Shown: piece after piece, positions 26,120 through 35,438 of the stretch | How the letters are laid out: the number at the start of each line of letters is the position of its first letter | Position numbering within the stretch: position 1 is the stretch's first letter | The notes under the pieces: generated by a model | Databases searched by the model: none | Told to the model about the DNA's origin: nothing | What the model saw: the letters and a program-made list of their open reading frames with translations, nothing else | Assembly: GCA_016196605.1 (NCBI GenBank) | Contig: JACPXJ010000002.1 | Span: forward strand, 1 to 37,365 | DNA: 37,365 nt | Origin: Candidatus Nomurabacteria bacterium | GTDB taxonomy: Bacteria; Patescibacteriota; Minisyncoccia; Phycocordibacterales; UBA9973 | Reading direction: 5' to 3' | Made by a program: the position numbers and the translations under genes

Positions 26120-26839
26120 TTATCTTGTTAATTCTTTAAATTCTTTCGGCAACGATGACTCCACTTTGATAGTTTCTCCTTTTAGGTTCTTAAACTCGAT
26201 AGATTTAGCGTGAAGTGCAAGACGCTTAAAACCAGGAGGACACATACCCGCTGGATTATAAAGCGAATCGCAGGCGACTGGATGATTGATATATTTCATA
26301 TGGACGCGGATCTGATGTGTCCGGCCAGTTTTTGGCTTCACTTCCAAAAAAGTGAAGCTACCGATAATACTGATACCCTTCTGATTAACACTGATATCAG
26401 GGTCGATCTGTTTTTGATCAGTTTTTATCCGTAGGTGCTTTAGCACCCTGTATTCCGTAATCGCCTCCCGCATTTCTCCGCGCGCGCCGCGGCCAGCAAG
26501 ATACCGGCGGAAATCTCTTGGACTTCGTCCAATCGGCTTGTTGATCATTCCCCGATCATTTCGAAACGAACCGCTTACTATAGCGTTATAAATTTTCTTC
26601 ACAACTCTCTCTTGAAATTGCTTTTTGAGGGCCCCATGAGCTTTTTCATTTTTGGCTATGAGCATCACTCCTGAGGTTTCTCTATCCAAACGGTGCGCTA
26701 GTTCTGCTTTGGGATATTTTTTTCTAGCCCAGTCTAAAATTGTCCTGCCCTCTGCAATCTTGTCCGGATGAGCCAAAACACCCGAGGGCTTATCAATAGC
26801 CAAAATATCCTTGTCCTCGTATAAAACTTTGATTTTCAT
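26120..26839 (-). CDS. RluA-family pseudouridine synthase
   Basis: DKPSG, HRLDRETSG, TGRTHQIRVH, LHA. Confidence 0.95.
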   Translation of the reverse strand: MKIKVLYEDKDILAIDKPSGVLAHPDKIAEGRTILDWARKKYPKAELAHRLDRETSGVMLIAKNEKAHGALKKQFQERVVKKIYNAIVSGSFRNDRGMINKPIGRSPRDFRRYLAGRGARGEMREAITEYRVLKHLRIKTDQKQIDPDISVNQKGISIIGSFTFLEVKPKTGRTHQIRVHMKYINHPVACDSLYNPAGMCPPGFKRLALHAKSIEFKNLKGETIKVESSLPKEFKELTR

Positions 26840-28095
26840 AAGCTGTTGCGGCTAATAATATTTCCAATCTCCATCAACCTATCGTATTTACAAACTCTCT
26901 CCCCTCGCGCAAGCGAACCGGCTTTGATCCAATCGCACCCAAGTCCCACAGCGAGATCGGCGATAAACGTATCTGTCGTCTCACCCGACCGGTGAGATAT
27001 GAACGGCAGCCAACCCTGCTTTTTTGTCAATTGTATCGCTTCTATAGTTTCTGAAAGAGTGCCAATTTGATTTAATTTTATCAGTATCGAATTTACAGAT
27101 TTCTTTTCCACGGCAGTCTTTATCCTTTCTATATTTGTAACAGTCAAGTCGTCACCGACAATTTTTATCTTTTTACCCATTCTTTCAGTCATTTCAGTAA
27201 AACCCTGCCAATCATCCTCCGCTAGAGGGTCTTCAATAAAAACAATGGGATATATATCAACTAATTTTTCATACCAATCAATCATTTTTTTATTTGTATT
27301 TTTTTCTTCTACTCCGGATATCTTTAGCTCATATATGCCATTTTTGTAAAAACTAGAGGCAGCGGCATCTATTCCGATTTTGACTTGGTCAAAAGAATAG
27401 CCAGAATCTGCAATCGCCTGCCTAATAAGTTCAAAGGCTTCTTCGTTGGAGGTTAATTTTGGAGCAAATCCACCCTCATCTCCGACACTTACCGCATAAC
27501 CTTTAGTTTGCAATATTTTTTTTAAGGAATAAATGATTTCTGCCGCAGCTTCTATTTTTCTGGCAAAAGAATCAAGGCCGACCGGCGCGAGCATGAATTC
27601 CTGCAGGTCAAGTCCGCTGTCGGCATGCTCGCCCCCGTTTATTATGTTCAGCATGGGTTGCGGCAGATTGAAAATTTTATTGCCTGCAAGATTTCCCAGA
27701 TATTCGTAAAGCTCAATTTTCTTTTCTGCCGCGCAAGCTCTGGCAAAAGCTAAGGAAACTCCAAGAATGGCATTCGCGCCGAGCCGTGATTTATTTTCTG
27801 TCCCGTCTAGTTTTATAAGACTTTGATCAAGCGCTGACTGATTAAATTCTTTACCTTTTATGTGGCCATAAATTTCAGTATTCACGTTATCGATTGCCTT
27901 AAGCACCCCAAGTCCGTTATATCTGCCCTCATCATGATCGCGCAACTCGCAAGCTTCATGGACGCCAGCGCTTCTGCCGGAAGGTACGGACGCTCTGCCA
28001 GAAATAGCATTCTCTAGTTCACAAGAAACTTCTATCGTTGGCTCGCCACGCGAATCGATAATTTCCGCGGCTTTAATAGATATTATTTTTGACAT
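26836..28095 (-). CDS. eno: Enolase
   Basis: DSRGEPT, NIINGGEHA, GDEGGFAP, VGDDL, SHRSGET. Confidence 0.97.
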   Translation of the reverse strand: MSKIISIKAAEIIDSRGEPTIEVSCELENAISGRASVPSGRSAGVHEACELRDHDEGRYNGLGVLKAIDNVNTEIYGHIKGKEFNQSALDQSLIKLDGTENKSRLGANAILGVSLAFARACAAEKKIELYEYLGNLAGNKIFNLPQPMLNIINGGEHADSGLDLQEFMLAPVGLDSFARKIEAAAEIIYSLKKILQTKGYAVSVGDEGGFAPKLTSNEEAFELIRQAIADSGYSFDQVKIGIDAAASSFYKNGIYELKISGVEEKNTNKKMIDWYEKLVDIYPIVFIEDPLAEDDWQGFTEMTERMGKKIKIVGDDLTVTNIERIKTAVEKKSVNSILIKLNQIGTLSETIEAIQLTKKQGWLPFISHRSGETTDTFIADLAVGLGCDWIKAGSLARGERVCKYDRLMEIGNIISRNSL

Positions 28096-28098
28096 ATC

Positions 28099-28902
28099 TT
28101 ATAAAGGATTAATTATGGCATGGCTGTCAATGTGCCGCTCAGCTTCAAGTACGATTTTCTTCATAACAATTATGGCTTCTACGGGATACTTGCCAGAAGC
28201 GGTTTCTTCAGAAAGCATGACGGCGTCGGACCCTTCTAAGATAGCATACGCCACATCAGTCACTTCTGCTCTAGTTGGCAATTTCTTTTCAACCATTGAA
28301 AGAAGCATCTGGGTCGCCACTATTACCGGCTTTCCGGATTTTTTACACATTTTAATTATCTTATCCTGAATAAAAGGCATCCTCTCAAGAGGCACTTCGT
28401 TCCCCAGGTCGCCTCTCGCGACCATGACTGCATCTGACGCATCAATAATCTCTCCTAGAAATTCTAGAGCCATCTTTCTTTCTATTTTTGCGATTATTTT
28501 TTGCTTTCCAGAAAATTGTTTTACGAAACTGCGGCATTTTTCTATGTCAGAAGCTCCCGTGACAAACGATACAGCAACGTATTCTATGCCGTGTTCCGCC
28601 GCAAACTTTAAAAACTCAATATCTTTGAGAGTAATAGCAGAAATATTCTTTTTTTCATATGTATGATCTCTTCCTTCTTGGATTCTTGGTCCGGGCAAAT
28701 CGGCGATTATCGGAATTCTCCGATTAAACCCCTTCGACAGTTCTCGAATAAGTTTTATTTCTTCTTTTCTTTTATCGAGATCACTCCATGAAAAATTCAT
28801 CCTTACCGCATCCAGATTATTTTCAATCATGGATTTAAGAATCTCCGGATGAGACGAAGCCGGGCCTATGGTAGCGATAATTTGCGCCTTTGAATTTTTC
28901 AT
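28099..28902 (-). CDS. pyk: Pyruvate kinase (short form)
   Basis: IATIGPAS, RMNFS, DLPGP, IAKIE, MVARGDLG, ATQML, PTRAEVTDV, DAVMLSEETA. Confidence 0.92.
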   Translation of the reverse strand: MKNSKAQIIATIGPASSHPEILKSMIENNLDAVRMNFSWSDLDKRKEEIKLIRELSKGFNRRIPIIADLPGPRIQEGRDHTYEKKNISAITLKDIEFLKFAAEHGIEYVAVSFVTGASDIEKCRSFVKQFSGKQKIIAKIERKMALEFLGEIIDASDAVMVARGDLGNEVPLERMPFIQDKIIKMCKKSGKPVIVATQMLLSMVEKKLPTRAEVTDVAYAILEGSDAVMLSEETASGKYPVEAIIVMKKIVLEAERHIDSHAIINPL

Positions 28903-29531
28903 GCTGGCACTTGTGATTTAGTTTCTCTAACTTCTTTGTTTAGAATGTGCCCCTCGAGGTCCAAATCGTAAATGAAAAGCGCGCCAAACGGCATCTGAAA
29001 ATCCGCTATGCCGTCCTCAGATATATTTTCTATATATTTAACGAGCGCTCGAAGTGAATTCCCATGCGCCACAACAAGGACATTTTTTTCTTCCTTTAGG
29101 GCTGGCAATACTTTTTTAAGAAAAAAAGGAACGACTCTTTCATATACCATTTTAAGAGTCTCGCCATTTGGCACGGGATAATCCCAAGCTCGGCGCAACT
29201 TATTAAATTTTTCTTCGCCGAGAGATTTCTCTAAATCCCATTTATTCATACCGGTGTATTCTCCATAATCGCGTTCATTTAAAGCCGCAGAGTGAACGGT
29301 TGGCACTTTTTCTAAATTGCAGACATTGAGGATGCAGGATAAAGTCTCAATCGAACGCACTTCCATAGAAGCAAAAGCTTGGTCTATTTTAATATCTTTG
29401 ATAATCAAACCCATGTCCTCAGATTTCTTGAAGCCATATTCAGTCAAATGCGCATCATATTGGCCGGTCCAAAGGCCTAATTTGTTCCATTCTGATTCGT
29501 GATGCCTGGCGATGATGAGTTTGCCTTTCAT
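28899..29531 (-). CDS. gpmA: 2,3-bisphosphoglycerate-dependent phosphoglycerate mutase
   Basis: RHHESEWN, LNERDYG, AHGNSLRAL. Confidence 0.9.
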   Translation of the reverse strand: MKGKLIIARHHESEWNKLGLWTGQYDAHLTEYGFKKSEDMGLIIKDIKIDQAFASMEVRSIETLSCILNVCNLEKVPTVHSAALNERDYGEYTGMNKWDLEKSLGEEKFNKLRRAWDYPVPNGETLKMVYERVVPFFLKKVLPALKEEKNVLVVAHGNSLRALVKYIENISEDGIADFQMPFGALFIYDLDLEGHILNKEVRETKSQVPA

Positions 29532-29533
29532 AA

Positions 29534-30508
29534 TTATTTGTTCACTATATTTTTTGGTGTCTTTCCTTCGAGGAAATCAATAATGTTTTGAGCAGCTATT
29601 TCAGCCATTTGATTGCGTGCCTCAATGCTCGCCGAAGCAATATGCGGAGTGAGAATGACATTATCTAGTCGGAGCAGTCCCGGTGCGATGTCCGGCTCAA
29701 ATTCAAATACATCAAGAGCGGCGGCGCTAATAACTTTTTTTTGTAAGGCTTCTAAGAGATCTTTTTCATCTACCACCGCTCCGCGAGAAGTATTAATCAG
29801 GAAGCTAGCCGGCTTCATGAGTGAAAGATTGCTTTTGTTTATGAGATGTTTAGTTGAATCAAGCAAAGGAACATGCAAGCTGACCACATCCGATATTTTT
29901 AATATTTCTTCAACTGATTTCAGGTAGACGGCCCCATGCTCCTTTTCGATCCGCTCATTTCTTACAAGATCAGTATAGAGAATCTTCATACCCAAACCTT
30001 TGGAATAATATGCCACCCGCTCGCCAATCCTTCCGGCGCCGATGAGGCCAAGAGTTTTACCCAGAATGTCTGTGCCGATAAAATTCATAGCTCTCCAGCC
30101 TTTATACTTGCCTTGACGCACAAATTCGTCAGCTTCGACAATCCTGGCTGCGAGAGCAAGCATAAGAGCAATCGTATGTTCTGCTACAGCTTCAGAAGAC
30201 ATATCAGCAGGCGCATTGGCAATGTGTATGTTTCTCTTTTTCGCTTCCATAACATCGATATTGTCATAACCAGTAGCATAGTTGGCATACAATTTTATAC
30301 TCGGAACAGCATCGAAGACATGCCTATCTATTTTATCGGTTAAAAAACAAAGTACCGCATCATAGTCCTTATTTTTAAGAAATTTTATTAGTTTTCTCTG
30401 CGTGAGTATGGATTCTTTTGGGTTGCTATCTATTAAATACCCTTTATCTTTGAGCATTTTTATTCCTATTTCAGGAATTTTTCCAGTTATAAAAATACTT
30501 TTTGTCAT
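29534..30508 (-). CDS. D-2-hydroxyacid dehydrogenase (glyoxylate/glycerate reductase-like)
   Basis: GYDNID, GLIGAGRIG, INTSRG, LDVFEFEP, TPHIAS. Confidence 0.92.
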   Translation of the reverse strand: MTKSIFITGKIPEIGIKMLKDKGYLIDSNPKESILTQRKLIKFLKNKDYDAVLCFLTDKIDRHVFDAVPSIKLYANYATGYDNIDVMEAKKRNIHIANAPADMSSEAVAEHTIALMLALAARIVEADEFVRQGKYKGWRAMNFIGTDILGKTLGLIGAGRIGERVAYYSKGLGMKILYTDLVRNERIEKEHGAVYLKSVEEILKISDVVSLHVPLLDSTKHLINKSNLSLMKPASFLINTSRGAVVDEKDLLEALQKKVISAAALDVFEFEPDIAPGLLRLDNVILTPHIASASIEARNQMAEIAAQNIIDFLEGKTPKNIVNK

Positions 30509-30564
30509 GGACGCATTTTAACATTTATTAATGCCTATTGCATCAGCGCAAATACGGAAAAAAG

Positions 30565-30957
30565 TTAGCTGAAATTAATTACAAAATTATACATTCCCAT
30601 AGAGCATACTCCCTGTATCGGAACGCCTACCTTCGGTATGCCAAGATCGATTTCTGTTTCTCCAGTTTGAGGTAAAATCTTTTGGAATCCTATAGAACGA
30701 ATGACAAGCGACAGAGAACAATTATAAGTGCCGCTTGTTTTCATGATAAGTTTAGTTGGTATGCCTGCTTGAGCATCAGATATTTGTGGAAAATAGCCGC
30801 CTTGGGTGTTAATGGTAATATATTGGACACCGTCTTTTATTACTATGCTTTGTGGCTCCCCCGCGCCAGTACTATCTTTTCTTGAGCCACCTGTAAAAAT
30901 GATAACAGCAGTAGCGACAAGCGCGAGAGTGATTATGACTAATACGGTTTTGTTCAT
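30565..30957 (-). CDS. Cupredoxin-like domain protein with N-terminal anchor
   Basis: GGYFP, C-terminal CSMGMY copper-ligand-like motif. Confidence 0.75.
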   Translation of the reverse strand: MNKTVLVIITLALVATAVIIFTGGSRKDSTGAGEPQSIVIKDGVQYITINTQGGYFPQISDAQAGIPTKLIMKTSGTYNCSLSLVIRSIGFQKILPQTGETEIDLGIPKVGVPIQGVCSMGMYNFVINFS

Positions 30958-30976
30958 ATAAAGATTATATTAGAAA

Positions 30977-32017
30977 TTAAATGCTAAATAATGGACTAAT
31001 GATACCTATACCAGCCAACCCTGCCAGTAACGCAAATATGCCAAGTCCTATTACTACCACTCCGGCTGATTTAAAGAAAAGAGGCGCATGTTTCCCATGA
31101 GCGAAAGATGCTGACCCAAAGGAGAGCAATGCAAGCACCGGCAGAGTTCCGAGGGCAAAAGCGAACATAATGAGCATTCCAGTAATGAAAGACCCGCTCC
31201 CGATGGCCGCTATCTGCATTGATTGAGTAAATCCGCAAGGTAAGAAGAAAGTCCCGAACCCCACAACAAGCGGAGTGAGGGTTTTGTGCTCAATCTTCCT
31301 AAAAACAGAAGAAACCTTCTGAAAGATTCCGGCAGGCAATGCGATTTTATTTTTCATAAATACTCCAACTAAATTCAAACCAAGCATTAACATCACAATC
31401 GATGCCGCAATCCCAAGTATGGCTGTAAAAGTAAAATTAATGCCGATAGCGTTGCCGACCAACCCGAGAATTCCGCCCAAGATAGCAAAACTTGCCAGTC
31501 TTCCCGCGTGAAATAGCATGAAAGTTTTGGTATCGCTCTTATTTTCATCTTTGTTATCTTGTGATATTTTAGCTGAAAGCGATAATACTAATCCGCCAAC
31601 TATTGCCAAGCAACTTGAAACTGAGGCAATAAGGCCAATAATAAAACCGGTCGCCGAGGTTGTTTTGCCGCCAAGGCCAAAATTGAGAATACCTGACTTT
31701 TGCAGCATAAAGAACAGAATCAAAAACACAAGACCGATCGGTATGGCTTTCCAAATCACGTTATCTGCCTTAGCTAGGTCTTGCCTAGCTATTTTATCTA
31801 CTGAAAGAGTGTAGCCGTTTGACTTAATTTTTTCATTCAGAATGTCCGCAATTTCTTCAGGACTTTTTCCGCTTTCAGTTTCCACTTCGACAGTTTCTTT
31901 TTTTAAATCCACCCGGACGCTTTTTGTCAGATTCTCTTCTCTCAGAACATCTTCAATCAATATTTTGCATGAGGCGCAGTGGGTTCCAGAGACATGAAAT
32001 ATGTATGTTTTTAACAT
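30977..32017 (-). CDS. HMA-domain plus DsbD/TauE-like membrane protein
   Basis: N-terminal GTHCASC; SSCLAIVGG, FHAGRL, FLPCGFTQ, FALGTLP. Confidence 0.85.
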   Translation of the reverse strand: MLKTYIFHVSGTHCASCKILIEDVLREENLTKSVRVDLKKETVEVETESGKSPEEIADILNEKIKSNGYTLSVDKIARQDLAKADNVIWKAIPIGLVFLILFFMLQKSGILNFGLGGKTTSATGFIIGLIASVSSCLAIVGGLVLSLSAKISQDNKDENKSDTKTFMLFHAGRLASFAILGGILGLVGNAIGINFTFTAILGIAASIVMLMLGLNLVGVFMKNKIALPAGIFQKVSSVFRKIEHKTLTPLVVGFGTFFLPCGFTQSMQIAAIGSGSFITGMLIMFAFALGTLPVLALLSFGSASFAHGKHAPLFFKSAGVVVIGLGIFALLAGLAGIGIISPLFSI

Positions 32018-32125
32018 TGAACCTACAACTTATCATGAAAAATTGTTTTACGCAATCCGCTCTTTTAATTGTAATGACTTACGCTATAGCGTGATAATGT
32101 ACAATTTTTTTACGCTGTCAATAAT

Positions 32126-32656
32126 CTAAATAGCCGCTTTCTCTGGAGCTCTGTCATTATTTGTTTCGATAAATTCCTTAATCTTTGCTTCATCGATTGT
32201 TTCCAGCTTCAGAAGATAACCCCAGGACGTCAAAGCGACCGGCACATCAAGATCTTTCCGCGCCAGCATTATTTTCTTGCCGTCAGAACTTGTAAAAGCT
32301 TCTCTGATTTTGTCTATTTCGCTTTGTTCCAAGCCTTCCCTGTACCACACGACCGCCGCGCCATGTTCCATGCTGTGTAATATCAACTCGTCAGGGATAA
32401 ATTCAGTTTTCATCCCAGGCCCGGCCACACCTACCCAATGAGGTCCAGAAGTTGGAGGATTCGATTTATAGGGGGGATGTGTCTGATTGCGGCCCACATG
32501 TCCTGCGCCCTCATCAGGAATCTTTTCACCCAGCATCGGTTTGCTAAGTCTTACGCTGTTGTCCGCCACATTCTTGCTAGACAGCCATGTTCCAGCAACT
32601 ATAATAACTAATGTTAGCAACACAACTCCTATAATAATTTTGTGTTCGGTTTTCAT
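32126..32656 (-). CDS. DUF3105-family protein
   Basis: YKSNPPTSGPHW, HSMEHGAAVVWY, VALTSWG; N-terminal TM. Confidence 0.85.
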   Translation of the reverse strand: MKTEHKIIIGVVLLTLVIIVAGTWLSSKNVADNSVRLSKPMLGEKIPDEGAGHVGRNQTHPPYKSNPPTSGPHWVGVAGPGMKTEFIPDELILHSMEHGAAVVWYREGLEQSEIDKIREAFTSSDGKKIMLARKDLDVPVALTSWGYLLKLETIDEAKIKEFIETNNDRAPEKAAI

Positions 32657-32696
32657 AATTTTTATTCGTAATTCGTAATTAATAATTCTTGATTAC

Positions 32697-33353
32697 TTAC
32701 GCTCCGCAACCAGTCCCTTCTGTTTTTGGAAACCAATAGCCATTTACTTTCTCTGCTTGCTTATACATATCTTCTTCTATTGCTCCCTGTGAAGCCATCA
32801 GTTCCATCAACCCTAGCATTGCCATCCCGTGGTTGCAATCGGGAAAGTAAGTTGAATTCTTGCAGCAGGGCCGGAAAATTTTTTTGGATACTTTTTCCAC
32901 CAGCGCCTGCTCTCTATCGGTGAGAGTTATCCATCTATGCATACTGTAATGATCCATTACGTTTCCTTTGGCTAAAGTCCAGCCACCGGTCGAAGCGAAT
33001 CTCTCCGCTCCGCCATATCTAGGGTCCATCATCGGGCCTTCTTTTAGAACAGGGTTGTCATTGCTTAACCCGAATGCCCAAAGCATGTTGAGCATCATTC
33101 CCGCATTTTCTTCCGTAATCGTAATATTACCCCCGTCATTATAGAACAATTCTTTATCCGCTTCACTGAGCCCTCCCCGGTTTTTATAAAGATTTTCGAA
33201 TTTTTCTCCATCAATTACTCCCGCTTCCACCATCTTTGCGCCCAGCCGTCCCCACTTGAGCGCAAATACCCGATCCACCGGCGCCAAACCGAGAGCGGTG
33301 ATTATCAAAACTATCAGCCCTCCATAAAGCGATTCTTTTATTATTTTTTTCAT
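32697..33353 (-). CDS. Conserved-looking Cys/His-motif exported protein, unknown function
   Basis: FASTGGWTL, IFRPCCKNSTYFPDCNHGMAMLG, C-terminal GCGA; N-terminal hydrophobic segment. Confidence 0.75.
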   Translation of the reverse strand: MKKIIKESLYGGLIVLIITALGLAPVDRVFALKWGRLGAKMVEAGVIDGEKFENLYKNRGGLSEADKELFYNDGGNITITEENAGMMLNMLWAFGLSNDNPVLKEGPMMDPRYGGAERFASTGGWTLAKGNVMDHYSMHRWITLTDREQALVEKVSKKIFRPCCKNSTYFPDCNHGMAMLGLMELMASQGAIEEDMYKQAEKVNGYWFPKTEGTGCGA

Positions 33354-33354
33354 A

Positions 33355-33480
33355 TTAGCAACAGTCTTTTAGCTTATTTTCTAATGTTTCTGCTTCTTTG
33401 TTTTCCGCTTTGCCTTTGTTTTTAATTCTTCTAATTCTTGAGAGTATTTTTTTAACAATCGATATTGTTATATAAATCAT
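33355..33480 (-). CDS. Possible small protein ending in Cys-Cys (41 aa)
   Basis: ATG 2 nt after the upstream stop and stop 1 nt before the next start, exactly filling the gap. Confidence 0.45.
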   Translation of the reverse strand: MIYITISIVKKILSRIRRIKNKGKAENKEAETLENKLKDCC

Positions 33481-33482
33481 AA

Positions 33483-34262
33483 TTATATGAAGAAGATTAA
33501 TACACCGATAATAATCATGGCAATTCCGGTCCATAGATGAAGTCCGCTTATATTCTCCCGTTTCCATGTTTCCACTTTTTCAACCATTTCTTTTTTGGCG
33601 GCAATAAATAAGACTGCCGCAAGCGGGATAATCAGGATCAGATTGTAGAGCAACAGATAGCCAAAACCGCTCATGTAAGTCACTTGGTCTTTCAGCAGTC
33701 CGATAATCATGAGGTACGGGCCGCCCATGCATGGGAACTGGCACAATCCAACTAGAATCCCAAGTCCGAATACTGCCGGACAGGATGCCTGATCCATCAG
33801 CTTGCCCATTGGTCCCTTGAGAAAAGTGGGAATTTTTAGCTTAACCGGAAATGCCGGAAAGAACCGGTTTATAAGGTTAACAACTCCGAATACTATGAGA
33901 ATTGTTGCTCCCAATTTCCCCATGAAATGCGGAGTGTTGAAGATGTGCAGAACTTTCAGAATTCCCAAACCTATCAGAAAATATGCTGTGAATATTCCGG
34001 CGATATACGTTCCGCCTAATTGAAGAATTTTTGTCCGGCTCATCTGTATCCCAAAGAGAAAAGCGATAGTGATGAGAAGAATGGAGAACGAGCACGGGTG
34101 CACGCTGTCTAAAACTGCCGATACTAAAAGAAGCGGCAAAAGCCAGGTACCTTCCCTGCTCAAGTCCCAGATAAATGAGGCCGTCCATGGGCTATTTTTC
34201 AGAATAATAATAGCGATTAAAGCGACAAGCAAAATACCAATCGTAATAATAATTTTTTTCAT
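33483..34262 (-). CDS. CcdA/DsbD-like (cytochrome c biogenesis-type) membrane protein
   Basis: DSVHPCSF and FPCMGGPY Cys motifs, YLLLYNL, 6-7 TM segments. Confidence 0.82.
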   Translation of the reverse strand: MKKIIITIGILLVALIAIIILKNSPWTASFIWDLSREGTWLLPLLLVSAVLDSVHPCSFSILLITIAFLFGIQMSRTKILQLGGTYIAGIFTAYFLIGLGILKVLHIFNTPHFMGKLGATILIVFGVVNLINRFFPAFPVKLKIPTFLKGPMGKLMDQASCPAVFGLGILVGLCQFPCMGGPYLMIIGLLKDQVTYMSGFGYLLLYNLILIIPLAAVLFIAAKKEMVEKVETWKRENISGLHLWTGIAMIIIGVLIFFI

Positions 34263-34268
34263 GCAGTT

Positions 34269-34778
34269 TTAAGGAGTTACATTTGCTTTAACCTCGAATT
34301 GAAGCCTGTTCCCGCTCTCATCTTCGAGATAAATAAACCTATTAATCATCCCGACACCGGCCGGGCCATGGGCGTTCGGATCGTAAACAACTTCGATGCT
34401 TAAGGACCCCCCAGCTTTTACAATTTCATTCGCTCGGGTGGCACCTCCACCATGCCCCGGCATCCCAAAGGGACCCTTCTTTGTTCCATCCGCTCTGACG
34501 ATGTACGCATTCGTACACATACATGAAGTGCTTAAGCTGGATATTTTTATATTCTCATTGGAAGAATTATTCACGCTGAATACTTTGCTCACATTCCCAT
34601 TCTTCATCGAGATAGTTCCAAAATCATAGAAAGTCTCCGTGGGAGCAAAAATTCCTTCGATTCTTGCCGGATGCGATTTTGCGCTTAATTCTTCTTTTTC
34701 TGTATATTTGCTCCACCATACCAGGCTGGCTATCCCTATAACAATCACAATCAACGATATAATAGTCTTTTCGTTCAT
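34269..34778 (-). CDS. DUF1573-like Ig-fold protein
   Basis: YDFGTI, TSCMCT, FGMPGHG, YDPNAHGP; N-terminal TM. Confidence 0.75.
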   Translation of the reverse strand: MNEKTIISLIVIVIGIASLVWWSKYTEKEELSAKSHPARIEGIFAPTETFYDFGTISMKNGNVSKVFSVNNSSNENIKISSLSTSCMCTNAYIVRADGTKKGPFGMPGHGGGATRANEIVKAGGSLSIEVVYDPNAHGPAGVGMINRFIYLEDESGNRLQFEVKANVTP

Positions 34779-34856
34779 AGATTTTAATTATTAACATAGT
34801 AAAAAATCCTTTTATGAGGATTTGAAAGACACAGCTAAAATTTTACGACAAAATAC

Positions 34857-35267
34857 TTAGCTGTGCCTTATATATGAAAAAGATGGGCTATTTTCCAAAA
34901 GCGAGAGCCATTTGGTTAGTTTATTCGGGTACGTGTATAATTTCTTATTGTATAAATAATATTGCCATTGATAAAAATATTGTTTCCATTTTAAAAAACT
35001 TTGTTTGTTTAAAAAATACAGGACTATTCCTAGAATAAGCAGGGAAAAAACATATAATGTAGAAAATGTCGAATTTGAAAACTGTTGCCATTCGTTTATA
35101 TGATCAAGACTGTTTTTACACACTGAAAAGCTGTTTTGAGTATAGGGGCAGTTGACCATAGGTGTTTCGACCGCGTGACTGAATTTGAACAGACCGAAAA
35201 CGCCTATAGCCATATAAGCAAATAAAACGAAAAAGCCAATAAATAATTTTAGATTATGCAACTTCAT
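34857..35267 (-). CDS. Hypothetical membrane protein
   Basis: Two TM segments flanking CP...C...H; ends ENSPS; start MKLHN 1 nt after the upstream small ORF. Confidence 0.65.
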   Translation of the reverse strand: MKLHNLKLFIGFFVLFAYMAIGVFGLFKFSHAVETPMVNCPYTQNSFSVCKNSLDHINEWQQFSNSTFSTLYVFSLLILGIVLYFLNKQSFLKWKQYFYQWQYYLYNKKLYTYPNKLTKWLSLLENSPSFSYIRHS

Positions 35268-35268
35268 A

Positions 35269-35388
35269 TTATTTATTGATTTGTTTGAACAGCCAAATGC
35301 CAAGCAGAATCAGGTCAATCGTCACCATTATGGCAACAATAGAACCAAATCCTCCGCCCATCATTCCGCTGTACCCATATCCCATCAT
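35269..35388 (-). CDS. Small Met/Gly-rich membrane protein (39 aa; not in the ORF track)
   Basis: MMGYGYSGMMGGGFGSIVAIMVTIDLILLGIWLFKQINK; AGAGGA upstream; lies between copA and the next gene. Confidence 0.7.
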   Translation of the reverse strand: MMGYGYSGMMGGGFGSIVAIMVTIDLILLGIWLFKQINK

Positions 35389-35438
35389 ATTAATTAATTA
35401 TCCTCTTATTTTATAAAAAGTAAAGCTGTTCTCGACCT

